Shown here piece by piece: positions 1 through 9,382 of a stretch of DNA of 64,000 nucleotides. Numbering within the stretch: position 1 is the stretch's first letter; every line of letters starts with the position of its first letter. The notes beneath the pieces are model-generated. The model had not been told where the DNA came from, made no database searches, and worked only from the letters and a program-made list of their open reading frames with translations. The position numbers and the translations under genes were made by a program. The stretch lies in assembly GCA_022750295.1 (NCBI GenBank), contig JAKIVZ010000003.1, positions 51,616 to 115,615 of the forward strand. Direction: 5' to 3'. Source of the stretch: Candidatus Lutacidiplasma silvani (GTDB lineage Archaea; Thermoplasmatota; Thermoplasmata; Lutacidiplasmatales; UBA184).

Positions 1-2
1 CG

Positions 3-818
3 TCTATCCCCGTGGCGGTGGCGGGGGGCCTCACCTCCGAGACGGTCGCGGCCGCGACCCGGGCCGGCGCCGGGATCCTGATCGTCGGGGGCGCGATCAC
101 GAAGAGCCCCAACATCCAGGCGGCCACCGAGGCGATCCGGAAGGCGATCGCGACGAAGCAGGAGGTCGCGAGCGAGCATTTCCGGCGGTTCGTCGACGCC
201 GACGTCCGCACGGCGTTCGAGAAGGTCTCCTCCCCCAACCTCTCCGATGCGATGCAGCGGCACGGGGCGATGCACGGCCTCCACGCCCACCTTCCCCTTC
301 CCACGACCAAGGTCGTGGGACCCGCGGTCACCGTCGTGACGCGGGACGGCGACTGGGCGAAGCCGGTCGAGGCGATCGACCGGGCCGGCAAGGGCGACGT
401 GATCGTCATCGACGCGGGCGGCGGAACGACCGCGATCTGGGGCGAGCTCGCGAGCTGGAGCGCCCACGGGCGCGGGGTCTCGGGGGTCGTGATCGATGGG
501 GCGGCCCGGGACGTCGATGCAATCCTCGCGCTCGGCTTCCCCGTGTTCAGCCGCTCCGTCTCGCCGAACGCCGGCGAGCCGAAGGGACACGGGGAGATCG
601 GGGTCGAGGTCGTCGTCGGCGGCGAAAAGGTCCGCCCGGGCGACTGGATCGTCGGGGACCTCTCGGGCGTGGTCGTGGTCCCGCGCGAGCGGGCCGCCGA
701 GATCGCGAACCGGGCGCTCGACGTCCTCGAGCACGAGAACCGGGTCCGGGAAGAGATCCAGCGCGGGTCGACGTTGAGCGCCGTCCAGAAGCTCGAGCGG
801 TGGGAGCGGGTCGGGTGA
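3..818 (+). CDS. Bifunctional 3-hexulose-6-phosphate synthase / RraA (HMG aldolase-like) protein, 5'-truncated by window edge
   Basis: C-terminal end of HPS/OMPDC barrel (VAVAGGL...ILIVGGAIT) followed by RraA domain (SPNLSDAM, GDWAKPVEAID, AIWGELAS, VIDGAARD, PGDWIVGD); frame open to window start. Confidence 0.85.
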   Translation, partial: SIPVAVAGGLTSETVAAATRAGAGILIVGGAITKSPNIQAATEAIRKAIATKQEVASEHFRRFVDADVRTAFEKVSSPNLSDAMQRHGAMHGLHAHLPLPTTKVVGPAVTVVTRDGDWAKPVEAIDRAGKGDVIVIDAGGGTTAIWGELASWSAHGRGVSGVVIDGAARDVDAILALGFPVFSRSVSPNAGEPKGHGEIGVEVVVGGEKVRPGDWIVGDLSGVVVVPRERAAEIANRALDVLEHENRVREEIQRGSTLSAVQKLERWERVG

Positions 819-870
819 CCCTCCGCGCCGGCGCGAAACGCTTTACGACGGGGCCGTTCGAGCGGTCGGC

Positions 871-945
871 GCTCCCGTAGTCTAGTCCGGTCAAGGATAT
901 CGGGCCTTCGACCCGACAACGCGGGTTCGAATCCCGCCGGGAGCA
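871..945 (+). tRNA. tRNA-Glu (anticodon TTC at 907-909)
   Basis: Cloverleaf: acceptor GCTCCCG/CGGGAGC, D-arm GTCT..GGAT, anticodon stem TCGGG/CCCGA with loop CCTTCGA, T-arm GCGGG-TTCGAAT-CCCGC, discriminator A; TTTA box about 28 nt upstream. Confidence 0.85.
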
Positions 946-1026
946 CTCTGCCGGCCTCGGTCGGCCGTCGCGCCGCGAAAGGCTGGAAATATCGCCTCAC
1001 CGTTGGGCCGGACGCCGAGGGATCGA

Positions 1027-1620
1027 ATGCGGGAAGTCGTGCTGCAGATGCACATCACGCTGGACGGGGCCGCCGACACCAAGGACGGCTTCGTTCCGAT
1101 CATGGACCGTCCCTATTGGAAAGAACTCGCCGCCGCGCTGAAGGAGACGGCCGCGTCGAAGGTCGACACCCTCCTCTTGGGGAAGGGCACGTACCAGCAA
1201 TTCGCCGGATTCTGGCCGAAGACCGCCGCCGACCCCGCCTCGCCCGCCGATTGGCGCGAGCAGGCCCGGGGCCTGGACGAGACCCCGAAGGTCGTTTTCT
1301 CAAAGTCCCTTTCCCGGGCGGACTGGCGAGGGTCCACGATCGTGCGGGGCGACCTGGGCACGGAGATCGCCCGGCTGAAACGACGGCCCGGGAAGAACAT
1401 GTTGGTCCCCGGAGGCGTCGCGTTTCCTCGGGCCCTGATCGAGCAGGACCTCGTGGACGAGTACCTCCTCTCGGTGGTGCCGGTCATCAGCGGTCCGCGG
1501 CGGTATCCCCTGTTCGGGCCTCTCGCGCGCCCCCGAACGTTGCGTCACCTCCGCTGCTGGACGTTCCGGAACGGGGTCGTTCTCCACCAATACCGTCGAG
1601 GGCGCAAGTCGACCCGGTGA
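1027..1620 (+). CDS. Dihydrofolate reductase-like (RibD C-terminal domain) protein
   Basis: MHITLDG, LLLGKGTY, PKVVFSKSL, LIEQDLVDEYLLSVVPVISG motifs; ATG at 1027. Confidence 0.85.
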   Translation: MREVVLQMHITLDGAADTKDGFVPIMDRPYWKELAAALKETAASKVDTLLLGKGTYQQFAGFWPKTAADPASPADWREQARGLDETPKVVFSKSLSRADWRGSTIVRGDLGTEIARLKRRPGKNMLVPGGVAFPRALIEQDLVDEYLLSVVPVISGPRRYPLFGPLARPRTLRHLRCWTFRNGVVLHQYRRGRKSTR

Positions 1621-1837
1621 CGTGGGGGCCTTCGGAAACCTTCGGCACGACGGTCCGGCCCGCTCCCTCCACCGACGAGGCGTTCGTCGGGCGAATCGGC
1701 GGACGCCGAGTTCGGGGGGAGAAGGATCGCCTCCCGCTCGACCCCGCCGTCCGCATCCCAGACCTCGGCCTTCCGAAGCATCTTAGTCCCGGAACCCTAC
1801 CTCGCGCCGAAGGTCGCCGACACCGACGGAGAGGAAC

Positions 1838-2911
1838 ATGGAGGAGAAACCGGCGGTCGACCCGACCAAGCTGCACGAGTTCGTGTTGCGATTTGTCCAG
1901 GACTTCGGGGCCAATCTCCACGGCCCGACCATTCTCTTGGGCGCCCAGCTCGGGCTCTACCGCGCCCTCGGGGATTCGTCCGGCATGACGTCGGAGCAAC
2001 TGGCCCGGGCCACCACCACGTCGGAGCGGTACGTTCGGGAGTGGCTCGCCGCCCAAGCGGCGTCGGGGTATGTGAGCCTCCGACCGGACGGGGCCACGTT
2101 CTACCTCACGGCCGAGCAAGCGTTCACCCTGGCCGACGAATCGAGCCCGGCGTACCTTCCCGGGGCGTTCTCCATCGCCGCCGCGCTCTACAAGGACCAA
2201 CCCCGGATCTTGGAGGCGTTCCGGACCGGCACGGGGGTCGGGTGGCACGAGCACAGTCCGGAGCTGTTCGTCGGGACGGAGAAGTTCTTCCGGCCCGGCT
2301 ACGTCGCGAACCTCGTCTCCCAATGGCTGCCCGCGCTCCCCGGGATCGTCGAGAAGCTCGAGCGGGGAGGGAAGGTCGCCGATGTGGGGTGCGGCCACGG
2401 CGCGTCGACGATCGTCATGGCGAAGGCGTTCCCGAAGACGCGGTTCGTTGGGTTCGATTCCCACGAGGGGTCCATCGTCGCCGCCCGCGCGGCGGCGAAG
2501 AAGGCCGGCGTGGACGGGACCGTCGAATTCCAGGTCGCGGCCGCCCAATCGTATCCGGGACGAGAGTACGACCTGGTGGCGTTCTTCGACTGTCTCCACG
2601 ACATGGGGGACCCCAAGGGGGCGGCGGCCCATGTCCGGTCGACGCTCCGCCCCGACGGGACGTGGATGGTCGTCGAGCCGATGGCCCAGTCGAATCTCGC
2701 GGCCAACTTGAACCCCATCGGCCGGATCTTCTACAGCGCCTCGGTCGGGATCTGTACGCCCGCGTCCCTGTCGCAGGCGGGAGGATCGTCGCTCGGCGCG
2801 CAGGCGCCGGATGCGGTGCTCCAGGAGATCGCCCTCGCCGCCGGGTTCTCCCGGTTCCGACGGGCGACCGAGACCCCGTTCAACCGAGTCTTCGAGGGCC
2901 GGCTCGATTAG
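1838..2911 (+). CDS. Class I SAM-dependent methyltransferase with N-terminal wHTH (Rv2258c-like)
   Basis: ERYVREWL, VADVGCGHG, FFDCLHDMGDP, LGAQA, TPFNRVFE motifs. Confidence 0.9.
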   Translation: MEEKPAVDPTKLHEFVLRFVQDFGANLHGPTILLGAQLGLYRALGDSSGMTSEQLARATTTSERYVREWLAAQAASGYVSLRPDGATFYLTAEQAFTLADESSPAYLPGAFSIAAALYKDQPRILEAFRTGTGVGWHEHSPELFVGTEKFFRPGYVANLVSQWLPALPGIVEKLERGGKVADVGCGHGASTIVMAKAFPKTRFVGFDSHEGSIVAARAAAKKAGVDGTVEFQVAAAQSYPGREYDLVAFFDCLHDMGDPKGAAAHVRSTLRPDGTWMVVEPMAQSNLAANLNPIGRIFYSASVGICTPASLSQAGGSSLGAQAPDAVLQEIALAAGFSRFRRATETPFNRVFEGRLD

Positions 2912-2974
2912 CGGGCCGATCGAGTTCGGACCGGCCGAGGCCGCGAACGCCCGGGACCCCGGATTCGGACCCAA

Positions 2975-3032
2975 TTAGTTAGCCGAACAGCTAAATAATC
3001 CGAGGTCATTGGTTAGCCGAATGGCTAAGCAA
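2975..3032. promoter_or_regulatory. Tandem palindromic operator sites for the ArsR-family regulator
   Basis: TTAGCCGAACAGCTAA (2979-2994) and TTAGCCGAATGGCTAA (3013-3028), both TTAGC-N6-GCTAA; the second overlaps the ATG at 3021. Confidence 0.7.
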
Positions 3033-3392
3033 CCGGCGGTGGACCTCGACGCGGTGTTCGCGGCGCTGTCCCACCCGATCCGTCGCGGGATCCTCGAACA
3101 GCTCGCCGGGGGCTCCCGGGCGGTCAACGAGCTCGCCGCCCCCTACCGGGTCCGACTTCCCACGATCTCGCGCCACCTGAGCGTCCTGGGAGCCGCCGGC
3201 CTCGTGCGGGTGGACCGCGAGGGTCGGGTCCGCCGCCGCCGCCTCGACGCGGTTCCGCTGAGCGCAGCGTTCGGCTGGCTCACCCGGTACCGGGTGTTGT
3301 GGGAGGACCGATTCGACCGGATCGCCTCCCTGGTCGAAGTCCCGGGGGTCCCGCCCCCGACACGGAACCGAAGGAGGAAAACGAAGCGATGA
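3021..3392 (+). CDS. ArsR/SmtB family transcriptional regulator
   Basis: LDAVFAALSHPIRRGILEQL...ISRHLSVL..AGLV...GRVR; first gene of ArsR-SRPBCC-VOC operon. Confidence 0.9.
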   Translation: MAKQPAVDLDAVFAALSHPIRRGILEQLAGGSRAVNELAAPYRVRLPTISRHLSVLGAAGLVRVDREGRVRRRRLDAVPLSAAFGWLTRYRVLWEDRFDRIASLVEVPGVPPPTRNRRRKTKR

Positions 3393-3898
3393 GCGATCCG
3401 AACCCAACCCGACAGGACCGAATGCGCCGGGGCTCCCTCTCGCTCGTGGGCGACCGGGAAATGGTCGCCGAACGGGAGTTCCTCGCCCCGCGGCGGCGCG
3501 TCTTCGAGGCGTTCCACGACCCGTCGCTGCTCCCCCGGTGGTGGGGGCCGGCCGAGCTCACCACCACGGTGGAGCGGTACGAGGTCCGGCCCGGCGGCCG
3601 GTGGCGGGTCGTGCAGCGGGCCCCCGACGGGGCGGTGCACGGCTTCCACGGGGAGTTCCGAGAGGTCGAAGCCCCGGCGCGCGTCGTCAGCACGTTCGAG
3701 TACGAGGGGGCCCCCGGGAAGGTCCTCGAGCAGACGTTCACGTTCGAGGACCGGGGCGACCGGACGCGGGTCGTGGTACGGGTGCGGTTCCCGAGCGAAG
3801 CGACGCGACGGGCGATGGTCGACTCGGGAATGGAATCCGGAATGCGCGAGGGGTGGGCCCGGTTCGACGAGGTCCTCGCCGGGAGGGGCCCCCCGTGA
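3389..3898 (+). CDS. SRPBCC (AHSA1/START-like) domain protein
   Basis: REFLAPRRRVFEAF..P..L.RWWGP, VRPGGRWR, GMESGMREGW; ATGA overlap with ArsR. Confidence 0.88.
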   Translation: MSDPNPTRQDRMRRGSLSLVGDREMVAEREFLAPRRRVFEAFHDPSLLPRWWGPAELTTTVERYEVRPGGRWRVVQRAPDGAVHGFHGEFREVEAPARVVSTFEYEGAPGKVLEQTFTFEDRGDRTRVVVRVRFPSEATRRAMVDSGMESGMREGWARFDEVLAGRGPP

Positions 3899-4392
3899 CG
3901 ACCCGGGGCGGGGCGCGCGGGCCGCGGGTGCGGGTCGAGAGCATCACCCCGTTCCTGTGGTTCGACGACCAGGCGGAGGAGGCGGCGCGGTTCTACGTCG
4001 CCTCGTTCGCCGGCTCGAGGGTCACCGCCGTCCACCCGGGCGGTCCGGGCGGGAAGCCGCTCGTGGTGGAGTTCAAGCTCGGCGGGACTCCGTTCGTCGC
4101 GCTCAACGGCGGGCCGGAACATCGGCCGAGCCCGGCGTTCTCCATCTTCGTCGGCTGTCCCGACCAGCGGGCGGTCGACGTCCTCTGGTCCCGGCTGCTC
4201 CGCGGCGGGGAGCCCAGCCGGTGCGGGTGGCTCGTGGACCGGTACGGGCTGAGCTGGCAGATCATCCCGGCCCGGCTGATGGAGCTCCTTCGCGACCCGG
4301 ATCCGGAGCGCGCCGGGCGGGCCCTCCAGGCGATGCGGAAGATGCAGAAGATCGTGGTCCGGAAGCTCGAACGCGCGGTGGCGGGGCGCTAG
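3895..4392 (+). CDS. VOC family protein (PhnB / 3-demethylubiquinone-9 methyltransferase-like)
   Basis: ITPFLWFDDQAEEAARFY, FVALNGGP, CGWLVDRYGLSWQIIP; GTGA overlap. Confidence 0.9.
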   Translation: MTTRGGARGPRVRVESITPFLWFDDQAEEAARFYVASFAGSRVTAVHPGGPGGKPLVVEFKLGGTPFVALNGGPEHRPSPAFSIFVGCPDQRAVDVLWSRLLRGGEPSRCGWLVDRYGLSWQIIPARLMELLRDPDPERAGRALQAMRKMQKIVVRKLERAVAGR

Positions 4393-4910
4393 GCCCGGGT
4401 GCTCCGCCCGCCGGCCCGGGGCCGGCGTCCCACGGAGACGTTCGTCCGGACCGGCGACGCCGCGGCGGACCGTGCGTAGGCAGCGACGGGGCCGAGCAGG
4501 AGGGCCGCATCGTTCGGGTAGACGTCCTCCAGGCTCCGCGGCCGCCCGTCGGCGAACACCTCGTCGGCGTGGTGGCGGGTGCCGAATTGGAAGAGCGAGG
4601 TCAGGATCGGCCAGATGTCGAGCCCCTTCGTCGTCAACTCGTAGTGCGGGTGGCGGGGGTCGTTCGGCGGGACGACGCGGCGGATGAGCCCCTCCGCGCA
4701 CAGTTGGCGCAGCCGGTTCGAGAGGGTCCTCTGCCGCAGCCCGGGGTTTCCCTTCCGGATCGCCCCGAACGTCGCGTGGGGGACGAAGGCGACCTCGCGA
4801 AGGATCGTGATCGACCACTTGCGGCCGAGGGAGCCGAGCGTCGTCTCGATCGGGCACGCCGCGAACGGGACCGCGGGCGGGGAGGGGTACTGGGGGCGGC
4901 CGTCGGCCAT
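4389..4910 (-). CDS. HxlR family winged-helix regulator
   Basis: CPIETTLGSLGRKWSITILRE, RTLSNRLRQL, YELTTKG; start MADGRP. Confidence 0.85.
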   Translation of the reverse strand: MADGRPQYPSPPAVPFAACPIETTLGSLGRKWSITILREVAFVPHATFGAIRKGNPGLRQRTLSNRLRQLCAEGLIRRVVPPNDPRHPHYELTTKGLDIWPILTSLFQFGTRHHADEVFADGRPRSLEDVYPNDAALLLGPVAAYARSAAASPVRTNVSVGRRPRAGGRSTRA

Positions 4911-4998
4911 CGGGTCCCCGAGTCGGGGAACGCCCCATAAAGGGTCGCTCCCGAGTTCGTGGCCGCCCATGGTCGGGGAATGGGTTGGCCCGGTGGGC

Positions 4999-5430
4999 CT
5001 ACTTGGAGGCCATCCGGCGGAGGCCGGCGTTGTCCTCGTTGTACGCGGTCTCGAGCGAGGCCCGGACCGTCGTCTCGAGCTGGTTCGCCGGGATCATCTT
5101 CGACTGGAAGTCTCCGATGACGTTGACCCCGGTCTTCGCCCCGTTCGGCTTGTAGTACATCAGGAACTTCGACCCCGCGAGCGGTCCCTCGAGCGAGTGG
5201 ACCATCATCGCGACGGGAGGGAACATCGTCACGTGGTTCACGACCGGGACCCAGTTGCCCTGGACGTTCTGCTCCCAGGACAGGCGAACTCCCCCGGACG
5301 GGTCCGGGGCCGCGGAGACGTTCCGGCGGTCGGAGTGGGACGGCCCGTGGTCGGGCGGGGAGTCCAGGTACTTCCAGACGATGTCGAGCGGCGCGTCGAA
5401 CTCGCTTCCGAGATCCTCGATATGGACCAT
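4999..5430 (-). CDS. Hypothetical SRPBCC/START-like protein (paralogue of 33961-34392)
   Basis: FDAPLDIVWKY, LEGPLAGSKF; near co-linear with the second copy. Confidence 0.7.
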   Translation of the reverse strand: MVHIEDLGSEFDAPLDIVWKYLDSPPDHGPSHSDRRNVSAAPDPSGGVRLSWEQNVQGNWVPVVNHVTMFPPVAMMVHSLEGPLAGSKFLMYYKPNGAKTGVNVIGDFQSKMIPANQLETTVRASLETAYNEDNAGLRRMASK

Positions 5431-5533
5431 GGCGGGGGACGCGCCGGGGCGTACTTAGGTCGGTGCGGCACGCTCGGATACCATGCGGACCCGGGCCGGG
5501 GGGATTTCTGGGCCGGGCGCCTCGGTCGTCCGC

Positions 5534-5923
5534 ATGCGCGAATTCTCTCCGTCGGCGATCGAGGAGTTGGTCCCGGATGCCCGAGCCTTGTCGTCGCCCT
5601 ACCTCGAGTTCCTCCGGACCGGGCCGATGAGCGTCGGAGTGTACGTGCTGGCCGCCGGGGCGGTCGATGCGCAATCCCCCCACGCGGAGGACGAGCTGTA
5701 CTTCGTGGTCCGTGGGCAGGGGCGGTTCCGGAACGGGGAGACCGAGGGTCCCGTTCGCGCCGGGGACGTGCTCTACGTTCCGGCCCACCGGCCGCACCGG
5801 TTCGCCGCGATCGAGGAGGAATTGGTCCTGCTCGTCGTGTTCGCGCCGCCCGAGTCGGCCGCCCCGACCCCGCCCGTCGAACGCTCGGGGCCGGACCGGC
5901 CGGGTGCGCCGCCCTCCCGGTGA
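5534..5923 (+). CDS. Cupin domain protein
   Basis: QSPHAEDELYFVVRGQG...GDVLYVPAHRPHRF cupin motifs. Confidence 0.85.
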   Translation: MREFSPSAIEELVPDARALSSPYLEFLRTGPMSVGVYVLAAGAVDAQSPHAEDELYFVVRGQGRFRNGETEGPVRAGDVLYVPAHRPHRFAAIEEELVLLVVFAPPESAAPTPPVERSGPDRPGAPPSR

Positions 5924-6184
5924 CCCGTCACGGCGAGAAGAATCCCGGATGCCCCTTCGCATCCACCGCCACCGACGCGACGAGGAACCCCGCAAAGACG
6001 GCGAGGCCGGGCCACCACGGGGTCAGGAACAGGACGACCCGGCCGACCAGTCCGGGCCCGGCCGCGAGGGCCCCCGACGTTCGCGGAGTCGGACGTCCGA
6101 GCATCGTCCCCGCTCGTCGGCCGGCGTCGTACGTACCCCGCCGCCTTAAGCGACGCTCGCTCGTCGAAGGGGACGCCCCGCTCG

Positions 6185-7513
6185 ATGTCGGACGACCCCG
6201 CGCCAGTCGGAAGGCTGGGAACCCTCCTGCTCGCGCGCAGCCGCGCGCTCCTGCGGACCCGCATCGGCGCCCTGATGGTGACGTTCGTCGCGATCCTCTA
6301 CGGATTCGTCTCGCTCCTCATCGGCCAGATGCTGGTCGTCGGACCGAACGCGTACCGGACCGTCCAGGTCACGGTCTGGACCGGAGCCGGCGACCCGGCG
6401 TGGTGGAACTTCCCGGCGCTCGTCGTCACGGCCCCGGGCGCGGTCCTGGTCCTGCCGTTCCTCGCGACAGTCACGATGGTCGTCGTGTCCCTCGGCGTTG
6501 GCCTCGGAATGTCGGTGGGGCTCGTCCTCGCCTACCGTCTGATCCGCCGCCAGCGGTCCGGCGCCGCCGGGCCGGCGTCGCTCGGAACCGTTTCGGGGCT
6601 CACCCCCGCGATGATCGCCCTCGTCACCCTCGGCGCCTGCTGCTCGACGACGGTGGCGGCGACCGCGGGGATCGGCGTGGTCGCCCAGGCCAGCGGGACC
6701 TCGATCGCGAACGTCCTCTCCAATACCTGGTACCTCAACCTGTTCCAGGTCGGCGTCCTCTGGGTCGCGCTGGTCGCCCAGGAACAGCTCCTCTCGGTGT
6801 ACGGTCGCCTCCTCGGAGGCGACGTCCCCTCGGCCGGGACGTCGCCCCGGGCCACCCTCGATGGTCGGTTCGTCGCCGGGGCGCTCCTCCGGGCGGGGCT
6901 CGTGGGGGCGGGGGTGACGTGGGCGCTCGCGATGTTCGCGGAATGGACCGCCCCGAGCGCTCCCGGACCCACCGCGACGCTCGCCTACCAGTGGGTCATC
7001 CAGCACGAGCTGCTCGCGCTGTTCGCGGTCGCGGCCGGATTGTTCGTCCTCGGCACGTACCGCTGGCTGCGCGACCCAACGCACCGATCGGCCGCGCTCG
7101 CCCTGCGGGGAGCGCTCTTCGTCGGAGGGGGTTCCCTCCTCACGTGGACCCCGCCCGTGCTCGCGTCCGCGGGCGCGTACGGGTTGGTCAACGAGATCTT
7201 CGGCGCCGTCGGACTACCGGCGTCGTGGGGGGCCGTCGCTCCCCCGTCGACCGGGCCCCTTCTGCTCGCGCTCCGCTGGGGACTGCAGTTCGGTCTCCTC
7301 GGCGCGTTCGCGGTCGCCGCGGCGCTCGCTCCCGAGTCCGCCTTCCTCCCCCTGCAGTGGACGACCGAACCGCGGCCGACGCCGCCGCTTCCGGGGACGA
7401 CCTCCGGTATCCGACGGGGAACCCCGGTCGAACCCCCCGCTCCCGTCGTGCGAGAGGCGGTCCCCCACGCGGTTCTCGCCAAGGCCGAGAACGGCGGACC
7501 CGTCCAGGGTTGA
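6185..7513 (+). CDS. Multi-pass membrane protein, unknown function (contains GACCS)
   Basis: About 9-10 hydrophobic segments; CTTAAG TATA-like box upstream. Confidence 0.7.
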   Translation: MSDDPAPVGRLGTLLLARSRALLRTRIGALMVTFVAILYGFVSLLIGQMLVVGPNAYRTVQVTVWTGAGDPAWWNFPALVVTAPGAVLVLPFLATVTMVVVSLGVGLGMSVGLVLAYRLIRRQRSGAAGPASLGTVSGLTPAMIALVTLGACCSTTVAATAGIGVVAQASGTSIANVLSNTWYLNLFQVGVLWVALVAQEQLLSVYGRLLGGDVPSAGTSPRATLDGRFVAGALLRAGLVGAGVTWALAMFAEWTAPSAPGPTATLAYQWVIQHELLALFAVAAGLFVLGTYRWLRDPTHRSAALALRGALFVGGGSLLTWTPPVLASAGAYGLVNEIFGAVGLPASWGAVAPPSTGPLLLALRWGLQFGLLGAFAVAAALAPESAFLPLQWTTEPRPTPPLPGTTSGIRRGTPVEPPAPVVREAVPHAVLAKAENGGPVQG

Positions 7514-7642
7514 TTCGCCCGGGTCCCCGGGCGGTCCGGAGGGGGGCCGCTCCGCGGCTCCGACGGACGAGGGCCGTGTCGAACCGGAGGCCCGGAACTT
7601 CTACCGACGGGAGAAGGTCCCACTCTCCGACGAGACGCGGCA

Positions 7643-8572
7643 CTACGGCCGGGCCGATGCCGGGGCCCGAGCGGTCCCCGCGCCCACCACCACCGGCGCC
7701 AGGGCCCGGGGCGGGGGGGCGTTCCCGTAGCGCGCGAGCCCCTCCCGGACGAGGAACAGGAACTCCACGGCCATCGTGACGGCCATGATCGTTCCGAACG
7801 CCAACGTCGGGACCAGGGAATTGGGGTCGAGCGCAATCGCCACCCCGGCGAGGTTCATGGCAAGGAACGCGCCGACGACGAGGTTCAGTACGCGCCCAAC
7901 GCCGGCCCCGCGGCCGGTCCGGACGAGCTGGAAGGCTTCGAGGACCGTGACCGCCATCACCGCGCCCATCAGGAGCGCGCCGACCGGCGGGTCGACGGGG
8001 ACGAACGGGGCGACCACGCCGGCGGCGGCGAGGCCGAGGAGTGGGTCGCGGACGGCCCGCCGGAGCGGGACCCAGAGGAGGAGGGCGACCATCGCGGCCG
8101 CCATCGACCAGAGGAACCACGCCGACGTGAGCGTCCCCGTCAGGACCGTGGGGACGTCGAGCGCGCTCCCCCCCGCGACCGTGAAGAACAGCCCCATGAG
8201 GAGCTCGGCGGAGGTCGCCATGGCCGTGATGGCGACGGGCCAGAACCAGTCCGTCCGCTGAACGACCCGGTCCTCGAAGACGATGAGCGAGATGAACCAG
8301 AGACCGGGGGGTACGAGCATCATGAAATTGAACATCATCAGCACGATCGTGTAGCTGCTCAAATCCGGCTGCAAGAACGCGCCGAGGAGCGCCATCAGGA
8401 CCCCGGAGCTCCCGAGGAGGGCGCTCGTCCCGATGATCATCCGCGTCAGCGGAGGGGCGGGGCCGGTCCTCGGGACGATCTGGGTGAGGATGAACACCTC
8501 GGCGACGACCATCCCGATCGAGACGGCGACGTCGGCGGTCAGGTCGAAATCCAGCGTGAAGAGCGCGGGCAC
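7643..8572 (-). CDS. Multi-pass membrane protein, unknown function
   Basis: About 9-10 TM helices, coding-like composition. Confidence 0.7.
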   Translation of the reverse strand: MPALFTLDFDLTADVAVSIGMVVAEVFILTQIVPRTGPAPPLTRMIIGTSALLGSSGVLMALLGAFLQPDLSSYTIVLMMFNFMMLVPPGLWFISLIVFEDRVVQRTDWFWPVAITAMATSAELLMGLFFTVAGGSALDVPTVLTGTLTSAWFLWSMAAAMVALLLWVPLRRAVRDPLLGLAAAGVVAPFVPVDPPVGALLMGAVMAVTVLEAFQLVRTGRGAGVGRVLNLVVGAFLAMNLAGVAIALDPNSLVPTLAFGTIMAVTMAVEFLFLVREGLARYGNAPPPRALAPVVVGAGTARAPASARP

Positions 8573-8683
8573 GGGTCGGGGTTCACGACCCGCGGGCGAC
8601 TCAAATCGTGCGGGTACGAACGGACTCGGGCCCGCGGGGCGGCATCGGCAAGATTCTACTACCCTTGCCGCCTACGCCGGCCC

Positions 8684-9349
8684 GTGACGACCATCCGAGG
8701 GATCGACCGCCGGATCGCCCGCCGCCACCTGCTGAAGCACCCGTTCTACCAAGCGTGGTCCCACGGGGAGGTCGCCCTCGACACCCTGCGGTCGTACGCC
8801 GGGCAGTACTACCAGTTCGAGCGGAGCTTCCCGAAGTACGTCGCCGCGGCGTACGCCCGGGTCGACGACCCGGCCGGCCGCCGCGCGCTCTTGGGGAACC
8901 TGGTCGACGAGGAGGGACGGGACCCGACCCACCCGGAGCTCTGGCTCCGGTTCGCCGAGGGGCTCGGGGTCCCCCGCTCCGACCTCGCGTCGGCCCCCCG
9001 CCTCGCGGCGACCCGCCGTCTCCTCGGGACCTACGAGCGCCATGCGGTCCGGGGGACCGCCGGCTCCGCGCTCGGCGCCCTCTACGCCTACGAGTCGATC
9101 TTCCCCGAGGTCGCCACGGAGAAGGCCCGGGGCCTCGCGAAATTCTACGGCGTGACCGACGAGCGGTCGCTCGAGTTCTTCCGCGTCCACACGGCGGCCG
9201 ACGTCGAGCACTCGGCGGCCGAGCGGAAGCTCATCGCCGCCGAACTGGCCCGGAGCCCGGCGGCGACGGCGGTGGTCCGGTCGGTCGACGAGACGGTCGA
9301 CGCCTGGTGGGGGTTCCTCGACGCGTTCGCTCGCCCCCGCGCCGGGTAG
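8684..9349 (+). CDS. CADD-like heme-oxygenase-fold diiron protein (TenA/PqqC/CADD superfamily), putative p-aminobenzoate synthase
   Basis: HLLKHPFYQAWSHGE, YAGQYY, NLVDEEG..THPELW, ALYAYES, EKARGL, FFRVH..ADVEHS. Confidence 0.85.
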   Translation: MTTIRGIDRRIARRHLLKHPFYQAWSHGEVALDTLRSYAGQYYQFERSFPKYVAAAYARVDDPAGRRALLGNLVDEEGRDPTHPELWLRFAEGLGVPRSDLASAPRLAATRRLLGTYERHAVRGTAGSALGALYAYESIFPEVATEKARGLAKFYGVTDERSLEFFRVHTAADVEHSAAERKLIAAELARSPAATAVVRSVDETVDAWWGFLDAFARPRAG

Positions 9350-9382
9350 CCTCCCGGGGCGCCGTCGGGGTGGCGGGGCCGT

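Noticed and set aside
871-945. Reading the tRNA as Arg(TCG), or as an integration site
   Set aside because: Shifting the loop by one base destroys anticodon-stem pairing, and the acceptor and D-arm look Glu-like. No duplicate of its 3' end was seen in the window.
4684-7779. Very long Arg/Gly/Pro-rich ORFs (1031 aa here; also 49011-52817, 16011-18533, 52726-55179 and similar)
   Set aside because: Shadow or alternative frames of real genes caused by high GC; low-complexity composition and no motifs.
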